Shown here piece after piece: positions 12,071 through 26,141 of a stretch of 64,000 nt of DNA; the stretch's first letter is position 1; every line of letters begins with the position of its first letter. The position numbers and the translations under genes are program-made. The notes below the pieces were generated by a model. The model worked only from the letters and a program-made list of their open reading frames with translations, was not told the origin of the DNA and made no database searches. The stretch lies in contig OZ024742.1 in assembly GCA_964016885.1 (NCBI GenBank), positions 289,478,001 through 289,542,000 of the forward strand, written 5' to 3'. The DNA is from Eledone cirrhosa (lineage: Eukaryota).

Positions 12071-13355
12071 ACCTCCAGCCTCAAGATAGACTGTGGAACT
12101 CTCTCCTTGCTAATGTCTTTCCAACACAAGTTGACTGTAACAATTTAAGTGGAACATCTACAGCATCATGGAGTTGGACATAATTAATCCAAACAGTAAA
12201 CAGTTTGATGTAGGACTGTTTTCAATTTAGAGATTTAACAGCTTCAAAGTTCTCACCACTGAGAATCAGTTACACCAATGTATTGAACCTCCATCAGTTC
12301 CAACATTGAGTGTCCCAGGTGTTCAGACAGGACAACTTACTCATGAAATTAACATGCAAAAGGCTGAGCATATCACAGGCATATAACTCTCAACATTTTG
12401 TAATGATTTAACATAACAGAAAATATCTAAAAACAGGTTTGTTAATTCAAATGTTTATAGTATTTTTACTAAGGTACAGATCATTGTGAAAATTTGCAGT
12501 AATTTAAAGACTTTAATTTTTAATGCAATCATATTGCTGTTTTGTACTTCACAAGAATTTCTTGTTAATGTGGTTTCATGACATTAAGAGTTAACATAGT
12601 TCTCAGGCAAATTCAACATTACAAACAGTATGTCACAAACCTAACTTTTCCAGCTAAGTGAACTGGAGCAATGTGAAATAGACACATCATGTTGCTGAAA
12701 ATCATACTCACAACGTTATGATTGTAAGCTGAACAGCTTAACCACTAAACCACACATTGTCATAGGTTGTATCAATATTAAAAATAGGAAGCACATGTCT
12801 ATATTTCACTTCACTTAATAAATAATGTCATTAAGAGTGTATGTGTGATAATGTTGGGGTTGTTAATGCTTTTGTTACTCTACTTCTAATGAAAGACACA
12901 GTCTATAATTTTCAAATAATTCTGAAAATAATTAATGTATAACGTTCTCAGATACCAGTAATGTACTAGGATCAATGTAATCAACTTTCCCCTCCTGCCA
13001 AAATTGTTGGCCTTGTGCCTAAATCTGAAACTATTATTAAGCTGGTGTTTCAAACATAAAGATTCTTAAATAAAATTATAATGGAAGGTATTTTTAGATG
13101 AATACTTTAACTCTTTTGTTACCATATTGGTAATGACAGATACTGCTTATAATTTTCAAATATGCTTATATGCTTGAAAATAATCAATTTTTGGGAGGAA
13201 TCTATCAAAATAACTTTCTCATTATTAAGTTTGGAATATAACTTAACATGATGATGGTTTCTTATGTAAAATTATGTTGGAATGTTTTTAGATAAATATA
13301 AACCCTTTCGTAAACATATTTGAAAACAATAACAATAATAAAAATAATAATTTAC

Positions 13356-13412
13356 CTCTTTTTCTAATCTTGAAATTTGTTTTTTAGCCGAAGATAAACA
13401 ATCTTGAAGTTC
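13356..13412 (-). CDS. Exon B, coiled-coil gene
   Basis: caattAG|GAA CTT...AAA GAG|GTaaat; 57 bp, phase 0->0; ELQDCLSSAKKQISRLEKE. Confidence 0.85.
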
Positions 13413-13719
13413 CTAATTGAAATTAACAAGAACATCATCATTATAATCATTACTATTAATATCATCATTTCAACTGTCGACATAATGATAATTATCAAGA
13501 TTTCTTACAGCTATCTCACCTATAAACACCCTCTTACTATGTCTTTTCCATAAAGACTTGCTGCCTACCTCTCACATTAGAGAGTTGTCATCAGAAAAAA
13601 AAAAAGTTGATCTCCCATCATTGTTGTTGTAAAGTAAATAAAAGTGTGAATATACCCTAACAGAGCCAACAAGTAACAAACAACAACATTAGAGACACAA
13701 AGGCACAAGGAAAGGGAAC

Positions 13720-15110
13720 CTTTCTAGCACACCCATGGCCACCATGAGGTTCCCCTGTTTAGCTGATGTAGCTGCTATTTCTAGCTCAACTAATGACCAC
13801 CATGAGGATCTCTATTTAGCTGTTACTTCTAGCACACCTATGGACCACCATGAGGTGCCCTCTATTCAGCTAATATTTCTAGCACACCAATGGACCATAA
13901 AGTGGTTCCCCTGTTTAGCTGATGTAGCTGCTATTTCTAGCACACCTATGAACCACCATGAGGTACCCCCTATTTAGCTGCTTTCTTTAGCACACCTATG
14001 GGCCCCCACAACGTTCCCTATTTTAAGCTGGTATTTCTAGCACACCTATAGACCACTATGAGATTCACCCTGTTTAGCTGATAAAGTTGCTAATTCTAGT
14101 ACACCTATTGACCAAAATGTGATTCCCCTTATTTCGCTGCTATTTCTAGCACACCTATGGACCACCATGAGATTCCCCCTATTTAGCTGTTATTTCTCGC
14201 ACACCTATGGAACACTGAGTTTCCCTCTGTTTAGCTGATGTAGCTGCTACTTCTAGCACACCCATAGACCACTATGAGGTTCCCTTATTTAGCTGCTATT
14301 TCTAGCACACCCATAGGCCAATATGACGTTCCTCTATTTAGCTGCTATTTCTAGCACACCTATGGACCACCAAGAGGTTCTATCTCTAGCATACAATTGG
14401 ATCACTATTAGCTTCCCCTATTTAGCTGCTATTTCTCGCCCATCTATGGGACACTATGAGTTTCCCCCTGTTAAGCTGATGTAGCTGCTATTTCTAGCAC
14501 ACCCATGGGCCAATATGACGTTCCTTATTTAGCTGCTATTTCTAGCACACCTAAGAACCACCAAAAGGTTCCCCAGTTTAACTGATGTAGCTGCTATTTC
14601 TAGCACACCTATGGACAACCATGAGGTTGCTCCTACTTAGCTGCTATTTCTAGCACATCTATGGCCACCATGAGGTTCCTCTGTTTAGCTGCTATTTATA
14701 ACACACCTATTGACCACCGTGAGGTTCCCCTATTTAGCTACTATTTCTCGCACACCTATGGACTACCATGAGGTTCCCCCTGATTAGCTGATGTAGCTGT
14801 TATTTCTAACACACTTACAGACCACCATACATTTCCCCTATTTAGCTACTATTTCTAGCACACCTATGGACAACCACAAGGTTCCCCCTATTTAACTGCT
14901 ACTTCTAGCACACCTATGGACCACCATGAGGTGCCCTCCATTTAGTTAATATTTCTAGCACACCTATGAACCTCTATTTCTAGCATACCTTTGGACCACC
15001 ATTAGGTTCCCCCTATTTAGCTACTATTTCTAGCACACCTATGGACTATCATGAGATTCCTCCTATTTAGCCGCTATTTCTAGCACACCTATGTACCACC
15101 ATGAGGTTGC
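13720..15110. repeat. About 50/59-bp degenerate minisatellite (TTTCTAGCACACCTATGGACCACCATGAGGTTCCCCCTATTTAGCTGCTA)
   Basis: More than 25 tandem units; the long variant adds GATGTAGCT. Confidence 0.92.
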
Positions 15111-16430
15111 TCTTGAGTGCTACTGGTAACATGTAACTCAGTACAACCTGTTAGTCAGCGACTAAACCAGCTACCCCACCAAGAGTCAATGGCCATCCAA
15201 TAGTGTATAAATGTGTGTATTCTGTGTGGGTGTGGGTATGTATGGGACTGATTGCACATGTGTATATGTGTACATATATGTGAAGGCTCAAATACCATTT
15301 TGAGCCTGAGCAAAGTTAGATCATGCAGGTGCTCCCAAGCCACCAGTCTGGAGATGGAGTCCCAAAGAAAAATGTCAGGAAGCATGGGAAAACCAACTAG
15401 AGGGCACTTAGAAGTCCTATCAACAATGCCTCCACCTATGGGCTAAATAGGAACTATCAGTAGCTGTAAAATGGCCTGTGCAGTTCTGGTAATGCGCACT
15501 TGTATCCAGTTATCAAAAAATTGAATATTCATTGATTTGCACGAGGGTTCAAGCCTATGCCTTAGCTGATTATCCTGAAACTCACACCTCATCCACTGAA
15601 ACTAATAACAGATCAGTTTTCAACCTGGACTCATCTAGGCAGACTGTTCTTAATAGAGCAGAAGGCAGATCAAAACCTCTCCTAAAGTGTAGACATCCCG
15701 CTCATTTTAGCACATTCAATGTCAACACCCTCGGTCCTGTTGGCAGACTTGATGAGCTAGTAACCAGCGCTAAACCCAATGCTATTGACATCATCAGTCT
15801 TCAAGAGCATAGACATTTCCATCCAGATCCAGACCTAAAATGTACAAAATCTGACAATTTCCAGCTTGTCACTGCCTCTGCATACAAAAATTCCAATAAC
15901 GCCACCATTGTTGGAATTGGTATGCTTCTCTAATCAAAGGCATGCGAGAACTCATCATCATCGAAAAGATAGACGATAGAGTTTAATTCAAATCCAAAAC
16001 TCACATTTGTATCTTACGATAGCCCAACAAATAGCAGTGATGAAGAAACTGCTGCCAGTTTCTATCAGTCTCTGAAATCGGTCATTGAAGACGTCCTTGC
16101 CCATAAATTCCTTACTATTGCAAGTGACTTCAATGCCAAACTAGGCCCTGACAATGTAAAATTCACCTTCAACACCGAAACAAACTGAAATGGTGAAATG
16201 TTTCTCCAGCACCTTGATGAATTTGAACTCTTCTCGTCTACAAATAGCTTCATGGAAAAACAATCCAAGCTCTGGTCATTCAGCTATCCTAACGGTAGTA
16301 GAGCTCAATTGTATTATATCCTATTTCAGATCTGGGATCTGGGATCTGATCTAAGGATTGTCATTTCCAAAGTTACTCTTACCCTTCGTGCTCTTAAGAA
16401 AGTTCCTGCTGAGCCTATGAAACAAATTTC
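15111..16430 (+). mobile_element. Decayed LINE 5' region with AP-endonuclease remnant (RTE-group)
   Basis: STFNVNTL...IDIISLQEHR, IA(S)DFNAKLG and YPNGSRAQL(Y)YIL motifs, broken by stops and frameshifts. Confidence 0.8.
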
Positions 16431-16605
16431 ATTGCCATATTTACCCATCTGCATTGTAGAGGTTTCCAAACACAATGTTTCAAGCAAACCTAAACACTCT
16501 TTTATTTATATATATATGCTCACATTATCTATAGTATGTGATATCGGCAATGATGATGATGATCATCATCATCATCAGTGATAAAAGAAAGGTGTTATGT
16601 CTTAC

Positions 16606-16690
16606 CCTGTTAGTTGACTGTTCTTTCTCCAGTTCTGTCCTCAACTGACTGATTATCTTCTCTAGGTCAGCAATTCTGACTTGGTGTAAG
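16606..16690 (-). CDS. Internal exon A (most 5' found) of a spliced coiled-coil protein gene
   Basis: Minus strand tttatgtatAG|C TTA CAC...AAC AGG|GTaaga; 85 bp, phase 2->0; xLHQVRIADLEKIISQLRTELEKEQSTNR. Confidence 0.85.
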
Positions 16691-16805
16691 CTATACATAA
16701 AATATAGAGTACATATATATATATAACATAGGAAATGTGGTAAGGAACCAGGTGGACCATAACGCACCAAAGTACTCAATACTTAGGGTAGTAGAGTGGG
16801 TAATA

Positions 16806-16914
16806 GGAACGAGTAGGACCCCGACGGCTGAGCTCAAGCCGTTTCGATGGCTAATGAGTCCAGAATTAGCCGTCAAAACGGCTTGAGCTCAGCCGTCGGG
16901 GTCCTACTCGTTCC
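16806..16914. mobile_element. 109-bp palindromic MITE with TA target duplication
   Basis: About 39-bp perfect inverted repeat GGAACGAGTAGGACCCCGACGGCTGAGCTCAAGCCGTTT plus an inner imperfect arm; TA on both sides. Confidence 0.85.
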
Positions 16915-18523
<1,609 letters not shown>

Positions 18524-18526
<3 letters not shown>

Positions 18527-21076
18527 CTATATATATAAAACTGTGGTTGTCTGTCTGTCTATCGATTTTTGGCACACATCTCCTCTTAGAATCTCTCACG
18601 GAATTGCACCGAAATTGCTATACTTGTACATTGAGCCCTAGCGAAGACATCGGAAAAAAAAATATTTCAAATTGACCCACCCTATGTGAGGAAATCGAAT
18701 ATGATGTATCGATTTTTGAGCGTAAGTTATCAGTTATTTCCCTTTGTTCTGTTTACATTGAGCATCTTACGTAAAAAATTACGCTGGCTTTAACAGTTGT
18801 CGAGCCAGCAAAATATTGACCTGCAAAATTCATCAGTTCGAACACTAAGGTTCCGTTTTGCTTCATTTCGATTTAAAAGCATTTTAAAACAATATTTTTA
18901 GTTGAAAACAAGTCTATTTAAAGACTACGTAAAACAAGCAAATATTTCGTCATTAGGCGTGCAGACAGACAGTCGTGCAGACACACAGTCGTGCAGAGAG
19001 GTGATATACGCGTGCAGACAGACAGTCGTGCAGAGAGGTGATATAGGCGTGCAGACAGACAGTCGTGCAGAGAGGTGATATAGGCGTGCAGACAGACAGT
19101 CGTGCAGAGAGGTGATATAGGCGTGCAGACAGACAGTTGTGCAGAGAGATGATATAGGCGTGCAGACAGACATAACTGATAATTTGGTTACGCTAATGTT
19201 TTTCTCTGCGTTGCAGTGTTTACATTTTCGATCTTTGTTAATAAATAACCAGTGCAGTTTTTATCCCCAGCATCCTCTTTTGTTATAACATTCGGGTTAT
19301 CGTTATGTTTTCTTAACTTCATAAGGCATATTGTTGGTTGAGGGAATATTAATCAAAAACACCACATGCAAGTCTGCACAGTAGACACTACAGTTTTTAA
19401 GCCAAAAAAGAAACTTAACATTGTAACTTTAACACAGCTACTGAGCGACCCCGAGCAACGCCGGGTTTTACTGCTAGTCTATATATATAAAATGTGGTTG
19501 TCTGTCTGTCTATCGATTTTTGGCACACATCTCCTCTTAGAATCTCTCACGGAATTGCACCGAAATTGCTATACTTGTACATTGAGCCCTAGCGAAGACA
19601 TCGGAAAAAAAATATTTCAAATTGACCCACCCTATGTGACGAAATCGAATATAATGTATCGATTTTTGAGCGTAAGTTATCAGTTATTTCCCTTTGTTCT
19701 GTTTACATTGAGCGTCTTACGTAAAAAATTACGCTGGCTTTCTCAGCGTTTAAAAAATATTGACCTGCAAAATTCATCAGTTCGAACACTAAGGTTCCGT
19801 TTTGCTTCATTTCCATTTAAAAGCATTTTAAAACAATATTTTTACTTGAAAACAAGTTTATTTAAAGACTACGTAAAACAAGCAAATATTTCGTCGTTAG
19901 GCGTGCAGACAGACAGTCGTGCAGACAGACAGTCGTGCAGACAGACAGTCGTGCAGAGAGGTGATATAGGCGTGCAGACAGACAGTCGTGCAGAGAGGTG
20001 ATATAGGCGTGCAGACAGACAGTCGTGCAGAGCGGTGATATAGGCGTGCAGACAGACATAACTGATAATTTGGTTACGCTAATGTTTTTCTCTGCGTTGC
20101 AGTGTTTACATTTTCGATCTTTGTTAATAAATAACCAGTGCAGTTTTTATCCCCAGCATCCTCTTTTGTTATAACATTCGGGTTATCGTTATGTTTTCTT
20201 AACTTCATAAGGCATATTGTTGGTTGAGGGAATATTAATCAAAAACAGCACATGCAAGTCTGCACAGTAGACACTACAGTTTTTAAGCCAAAAAAGAAAC
20301 TTAACATTGTAACTTTAACACAGCTACTGAGCGACCCCGAGCAACGCCGGGCTTTACTGCTAGTAACTGATAATTTGGTTACGCTAATGTTTTTCTCTGC
20401 GTTGCAGTGTTTACATTTTCGATCTTTGTTAATAAATAACCAGTGCAGTTTTTATCCCCAACATCCTCTTTTGTTATAACATTCGGGTTATCGTTATGTT
20501 TTCTTAACTTCATAAGGCATATTGTTGGTTGAGGGAATATTAATCAAAAACACCACATGCAAGTCTGCACCGTAGACACTACAGTTTTTAAGCCAAAAAA
20601 GAAACTTAACATTGTAACTTTAACACAGCTACTGAGCGACCCCGAGCAACGCCGGGCTTTACTGCTAGTCTATCTATATAAAACTGAGGTTGTCTGTCTG
20701 TCTATCGATTTTTGGCACACATCTCCTCTTAGAATCTCTCACGGAATTGCACCGAAATTGCTATACTTGTACATTGAGCCCTAGCGAAGACATCGGAAAA
20801 AAAATATTTCAAATTGACCCGCCCTATCTGACGAAATCGAATATAATGTATCGATTTTTGAGCATAAGTGATCAGTTATTTCCCTTTGTTCTGTTTACAT
20901 TGAGCGTCTGCGTGAAAAAATTAAAAAAATTACGCTGGCTTTCTCAGCGTTTAAAATGACAGGTTTTGTTTTTAGTCCTGCATATGTGTATACAATATAT
21001 GTGTATACAATATATATATATATGTATGTATATATGTATATATGTATATATATGTATATATATATATATATGTATA

Positions 21077-21110
<34 letters not shown>

Positions 21111-21138
21111 TTTACAATATATATATATATGTATGTAT

Positions 21139-21172
<34 letters not shown>

Positions 21173-22917
21173 GTATATATGTATATATGTGTATGTATAT
21201 ATGTATATATATATATATGTCAGGTCACCAGTTGGTGCTACTGGTAACATGTATCCCAGTACAACCTGTCTCATGGTCGGGTCGTTGGCAACTAAACTGG
21301 CAACCCCACCAAGGTTTGTTGGTGAGGAGGGTGACTTTGGACATCCTGCAGGACTAAAAACAGTTGTCGAGCCAGCAAAATTTTGACCTGCAAAATTCAT
21401 CAGTTCGAACACTAAGCTTCCGTTTTGCTTCATTTCCATTTAAAAGCCTTTTAAAACAATATTTTTACTTGAAAACAAGTCTATTTAAAGACTACGTAAA
21501 ACAAGCAAATATTTCGTAAAAAAAAAGCAAAAATTATATAAGTTTATTTAAAATATATGTATCTGTAAATTTCGTTAGGCGTGCAGACAGACAGTCATGC
21601 AGAGAGGTGATATACGCGTGCAGACAGACAGTCGTGCAGAGAGGTGATATACGCGTGCAGACAGACAGTCGTGCAGAGAGGTGATATAGGCGTGCAGACA
21701 GACAGTCGTGCAGAGAGGTGATATAGGCATGCAGACAGACATAACTGATAATTTGGTTACGCTAATGTTTTTCTCTGCGTTGCAGTGTTTACATTTTCGA
21801 TCTTTGTTAATAAATAACCAGTGCAGTTTTTATCCCCAGCATCCTCTTTTGTTATAACATTCGGGTTATCGTTATGTTTTCTTAACTTCATAAGGCATAT
21901 TGTTGGTTGAGGGAATATTAATCAAAAACACCACATGCAAGTCTGCACAGTAGACACTACAGTTTTTAAGCCAAAAAAGAAACTTAACATTGTAACTTTA
22001 ACACAGCTACTGAGCGACCCCGAGCAACGCCGGGCTTTACTGCTAGTCTATCTATATAAAACTGAGGTTGTCTGTCTGTCTATCGATTTTTGGCACACAT
22101 CTCCTCTTAGAATCTCTCACGGAATTGCACCGAAATTGCTATACTTGTACATTGAGCCCTAGCGAAGACATCGGAAAAAAATATTTCAAATTGACCCGCC
22201 CTATCTGACGAAATCGAATATAATGTATCGATTTTTGAGCGTAAGTGATCAGTTATTTCCCTTTGTTCTGTTTACATTGAGCGTCTGCGTGCAAAAATTA
22301 AAAAAATTACGCTGGCTTTCTCAGCGTTTAAAATGACAGGTTTTGTTTTTAGTCCTGCATATGTGTATACAATATATGTGTATACAATATATATATATAT
22401 ATATATGTATGTATATATGTATATATGTATATATATGTATATATATATATATATATGTATATATATGTATATATATCATCATCATCATCATCATCAACGT
22501 TTAACGTCCGTGTTCCACGCTTGCATGGGTTTGGACGGGGGTAGTCCCACTTGAGGCAAGAGTGATTGTCTTGCTCGCATAGGACTGTCTGGCAGGTTTT
22601 CTACAGTTGGATGCCCTTCCTAACACCAACCACATTTACAGTGTGGGTCTGGGAAGTTTTTACCGTGTTGCCTTCACGGCCACATTACAGCGTGGACTGT
22701 GTGTTTTTTTGTCGTGACACCTACACGATCTCATTTGTTTCGGCCTGGATGGCGCGGCACCAACATAACTTTACATAGAACGGGGTGGTGTGGATGGGGT
22801 GGGGGTGGTGGCGGGACGGGGTGTATTTTGTTAGAGATGCCTACTGGCAAGGCGGGTCTTCTCTGTTACTGAGTACCGCCAAAGGTCACGGTCCAGTGAC
22901 ATTGTCTTGGAGAGGTG

Positions 22918-22949
<32 letters not shown>

Positions 22950-23008
22950 CAATATATATATATATGTATGTATATATATATATATGTATGTATATATATA
23001 TATGTATG

Positions 23009-23039
<31 letters not shown>

Positions 23040-23931
23040 GTATATATGTATATATATATATGTATGTATATATGTATATATATATATGTATATATATATA
23101 TATGTCAGGTCACCAGTTGGTGCTACTGGTAACATGTATCCCAGTACAACCTGTCTCATCGTCGGGTCGTTGGCGACTAAACTGGCAACCCCACCAAGGT
23201 TTCTTGGTGAGGAGGGTGACTTTGGACATCCTGCAGGACTAAAAACAGTTGTCGAGCCAGCAAAATTTTGACCTGCAAAATTCATCAGTTCGAACACTAA
23301 GCTTCCGTTTTGCTTCATTTCCATTTAAAAGCCTTTTAAAACAATATTTTTACTTGAAAACAAGTCTATTTAAAGACTACGTAAAACAAGCAAATATTTC
23401 GTAAAAAAAAAGCAAAAATTATATAAGTTTATTTAAAATATATGTATCTGTAAATTTCGTTAGGCGTGCAGACAGACAGTCGTGCAGAGGGGTGATATAC
23501 GCGTGCAGACAGACAGTCGTGCAGAGAGGTGATATACGCGTGCAGACAGACAGTCGTGCAGAGAGGTGATATAGGCGTGCAGACAGACAGTCGTGCAGAG
23601 AGGTGATATAGGCGTGCAGACAGACATAACTGATAATTTGGTTACGCTAATGTTTTTCTCTGCGTTGCAGTGTTTACATTTTCGATCTTTGTTAATAAAT
23701 AACCAGTGCAGTTTTTATCCCCAGCATCCTCTTTTGTTATAACATTCGGGTTATCGTTATGTTTTCTTAACTTCATAAGGCATATTGTTGGTTGAGGGAA
23801 TATTAATCAAAAACAGCACATGCAAGTCTGCACAGTAGACACTACAGTTTTTAAGCCAAAAAAGAAACTTAACATTGTAACTTTAACACAGCTACTGAGC
23901 GACCCCGAGCAATGCCGGGCTTTACTGCTAG
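18524..23931 (+). mobile_element. Head-to-tail array of five non-autonomous Helitron units
   Basis: 5' TC(TA)nAAAA, (GTCT)n, internal 37-bp minisatellite, subterminal hairpin CCCGAGCAACGCCGGG 8 nt before CTAG. Units 18524-19477, 19478-20363, 20364-20668 (3' part only), 20669-22046, 22047-23931; outer A|T target. Confidence 0.9.
22475..22919 (-). mobile_element. 5'-truncated RTE inserted in the TA tract of Helitron unit 5
   Basis: (CAT)n tail, 3' UTR and the last codons of the ORF; absent from the otherwise near-identical unit 4. Confidence 0.92.
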
Positions 23932-23933
23932 TA

Positions 23934-24103
<170 letters not shown>

Positions 24104-24106
24104 TAC

Positions 24107-24480
<374 letters not shown>

Positions 24481-24619
24481 AGCACTCACTGTAAATGGGG
24501 TTGGTGTTAGGAAGGGCATCCAGCTGTAGAAATCAAGCCAGAATCAGTTCCCGTCCCACCCTTGCAAGCAGGGAAAAGCGGACGTAAAATGATGATGATG
24601 ATGATGATGATGATATACA

Positions 24620-24689
<70 letters not shown>

Positions 24690-24692
24690 CAT

Positions 24693-25527
24693 ATCATCAT
24701 CATCATCATCAACGTTTAACGTCCGTGTTCCACGCTTGCATGGGTTTGGACGGGGGTAGTCCCACTTGAGGCAAGAGTGATTGTCTTGCTCGCATAGGAC
24801 TGTCTGGCAGGTTTTCTACAGTTGGATGCCCTTCCTAACACCAACCACATTTACAGTGTGGGTCTGGGAGGTTTTTACCGTGTTGCCTACACGGCCACAT
24901 TACAGCGTGGACTGTGTGTTTTTTTGTCGTGACACCTACACGATCTCATTTGTTTCGGCCTGGATGGCGCGGCACCAACATAACTTTACATAGAACGGGG
25001 TGGTGTGGATGGGGTGGGGGTGGTGGCGGGACGGGGTGTATTTTGTTAGAGATGCCTACTGGCAAGGCGGGTCTTCTCTGTTACTGAGTACCGCCAAAGG
25101 TCACGGTCCAGTGACATTGTCTTGGAGAGGTGTAAGTGTGTGAGGTCGGAGTTTATCAGCTCATCCCATGTTTTTCTAGGTCTGTCTATTCCGTGGCTAC
25201 CGTCTATCTTTATTGCCCTGCACTTTGTAATACAGCTATCGACTTTCATGCGCATCACGTGTCCATACCAACGCAGCCTTCTCTCGAGTAAACAGCATCT
25301 GATCCCTCTTATCTCTAATTTTTTCCTTAGTTCGTTTATGCTTTGCCGTTCACGTATATTACTGTTACACATCCAGCGGAGCATGCAAGCTTCGTTCCTC
25401 TCTAGTCTGCGTATATCCTCTGCACACAATGCCCAGGTCACACTACCATGCAACATTGCTGTTCGTATGCAGGCATCGTACAACCTGCCTTTCATTTTTA
25501 GGGAGAACCCTTTAGCAGCTAATAGTG
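24693..25527 (-). mobile_element. 5'-truncated RTE LINE
   Basis: C-terminal ORF LLAAKG...[11 protein letters not shown]...TRLASRHL, 3' UTR, (CAT)n tail. Confidence 0.93.
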
Positions 25528-25531
25528 ATAC

Positions 25532-25620
<89 letters not shown>

Positions 25621-25633
25621 CATATATATATAC

Positions 25634-25884
<251 letters not shown>

Positions 25885-25927
25885 CATATATATATACATA
25901 TATATATACATATATATACATATATAC

Positions 25928-25979
<52 letters not shown>

Positions 25980-25988
25980 TTATACATA

Positions 25989-26038
<50 letters not shown>

Positions 26039-26141
26039 GCGGCGATGAATTAGTTTTGCGAGGTTTTTTATAAACATCACCAACACGAGCGAAGTTGCAC
26101 AACTAACACACGATGGGAGAGAAAAAATCCTCAACGCTCAC

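Noticed and set aside
93-16690. Assigning a gene symbol to the coiled-coil gene
   Set aside because: No diagnostic motif recognised; coiled-coil composition alone is not enough
19366-23930. Repeated [16 protein letters not shown] and MSVCLSIFG ORFs
   Set aside because: Frames within non-coding Helitron units; no Rep or helicase motifs
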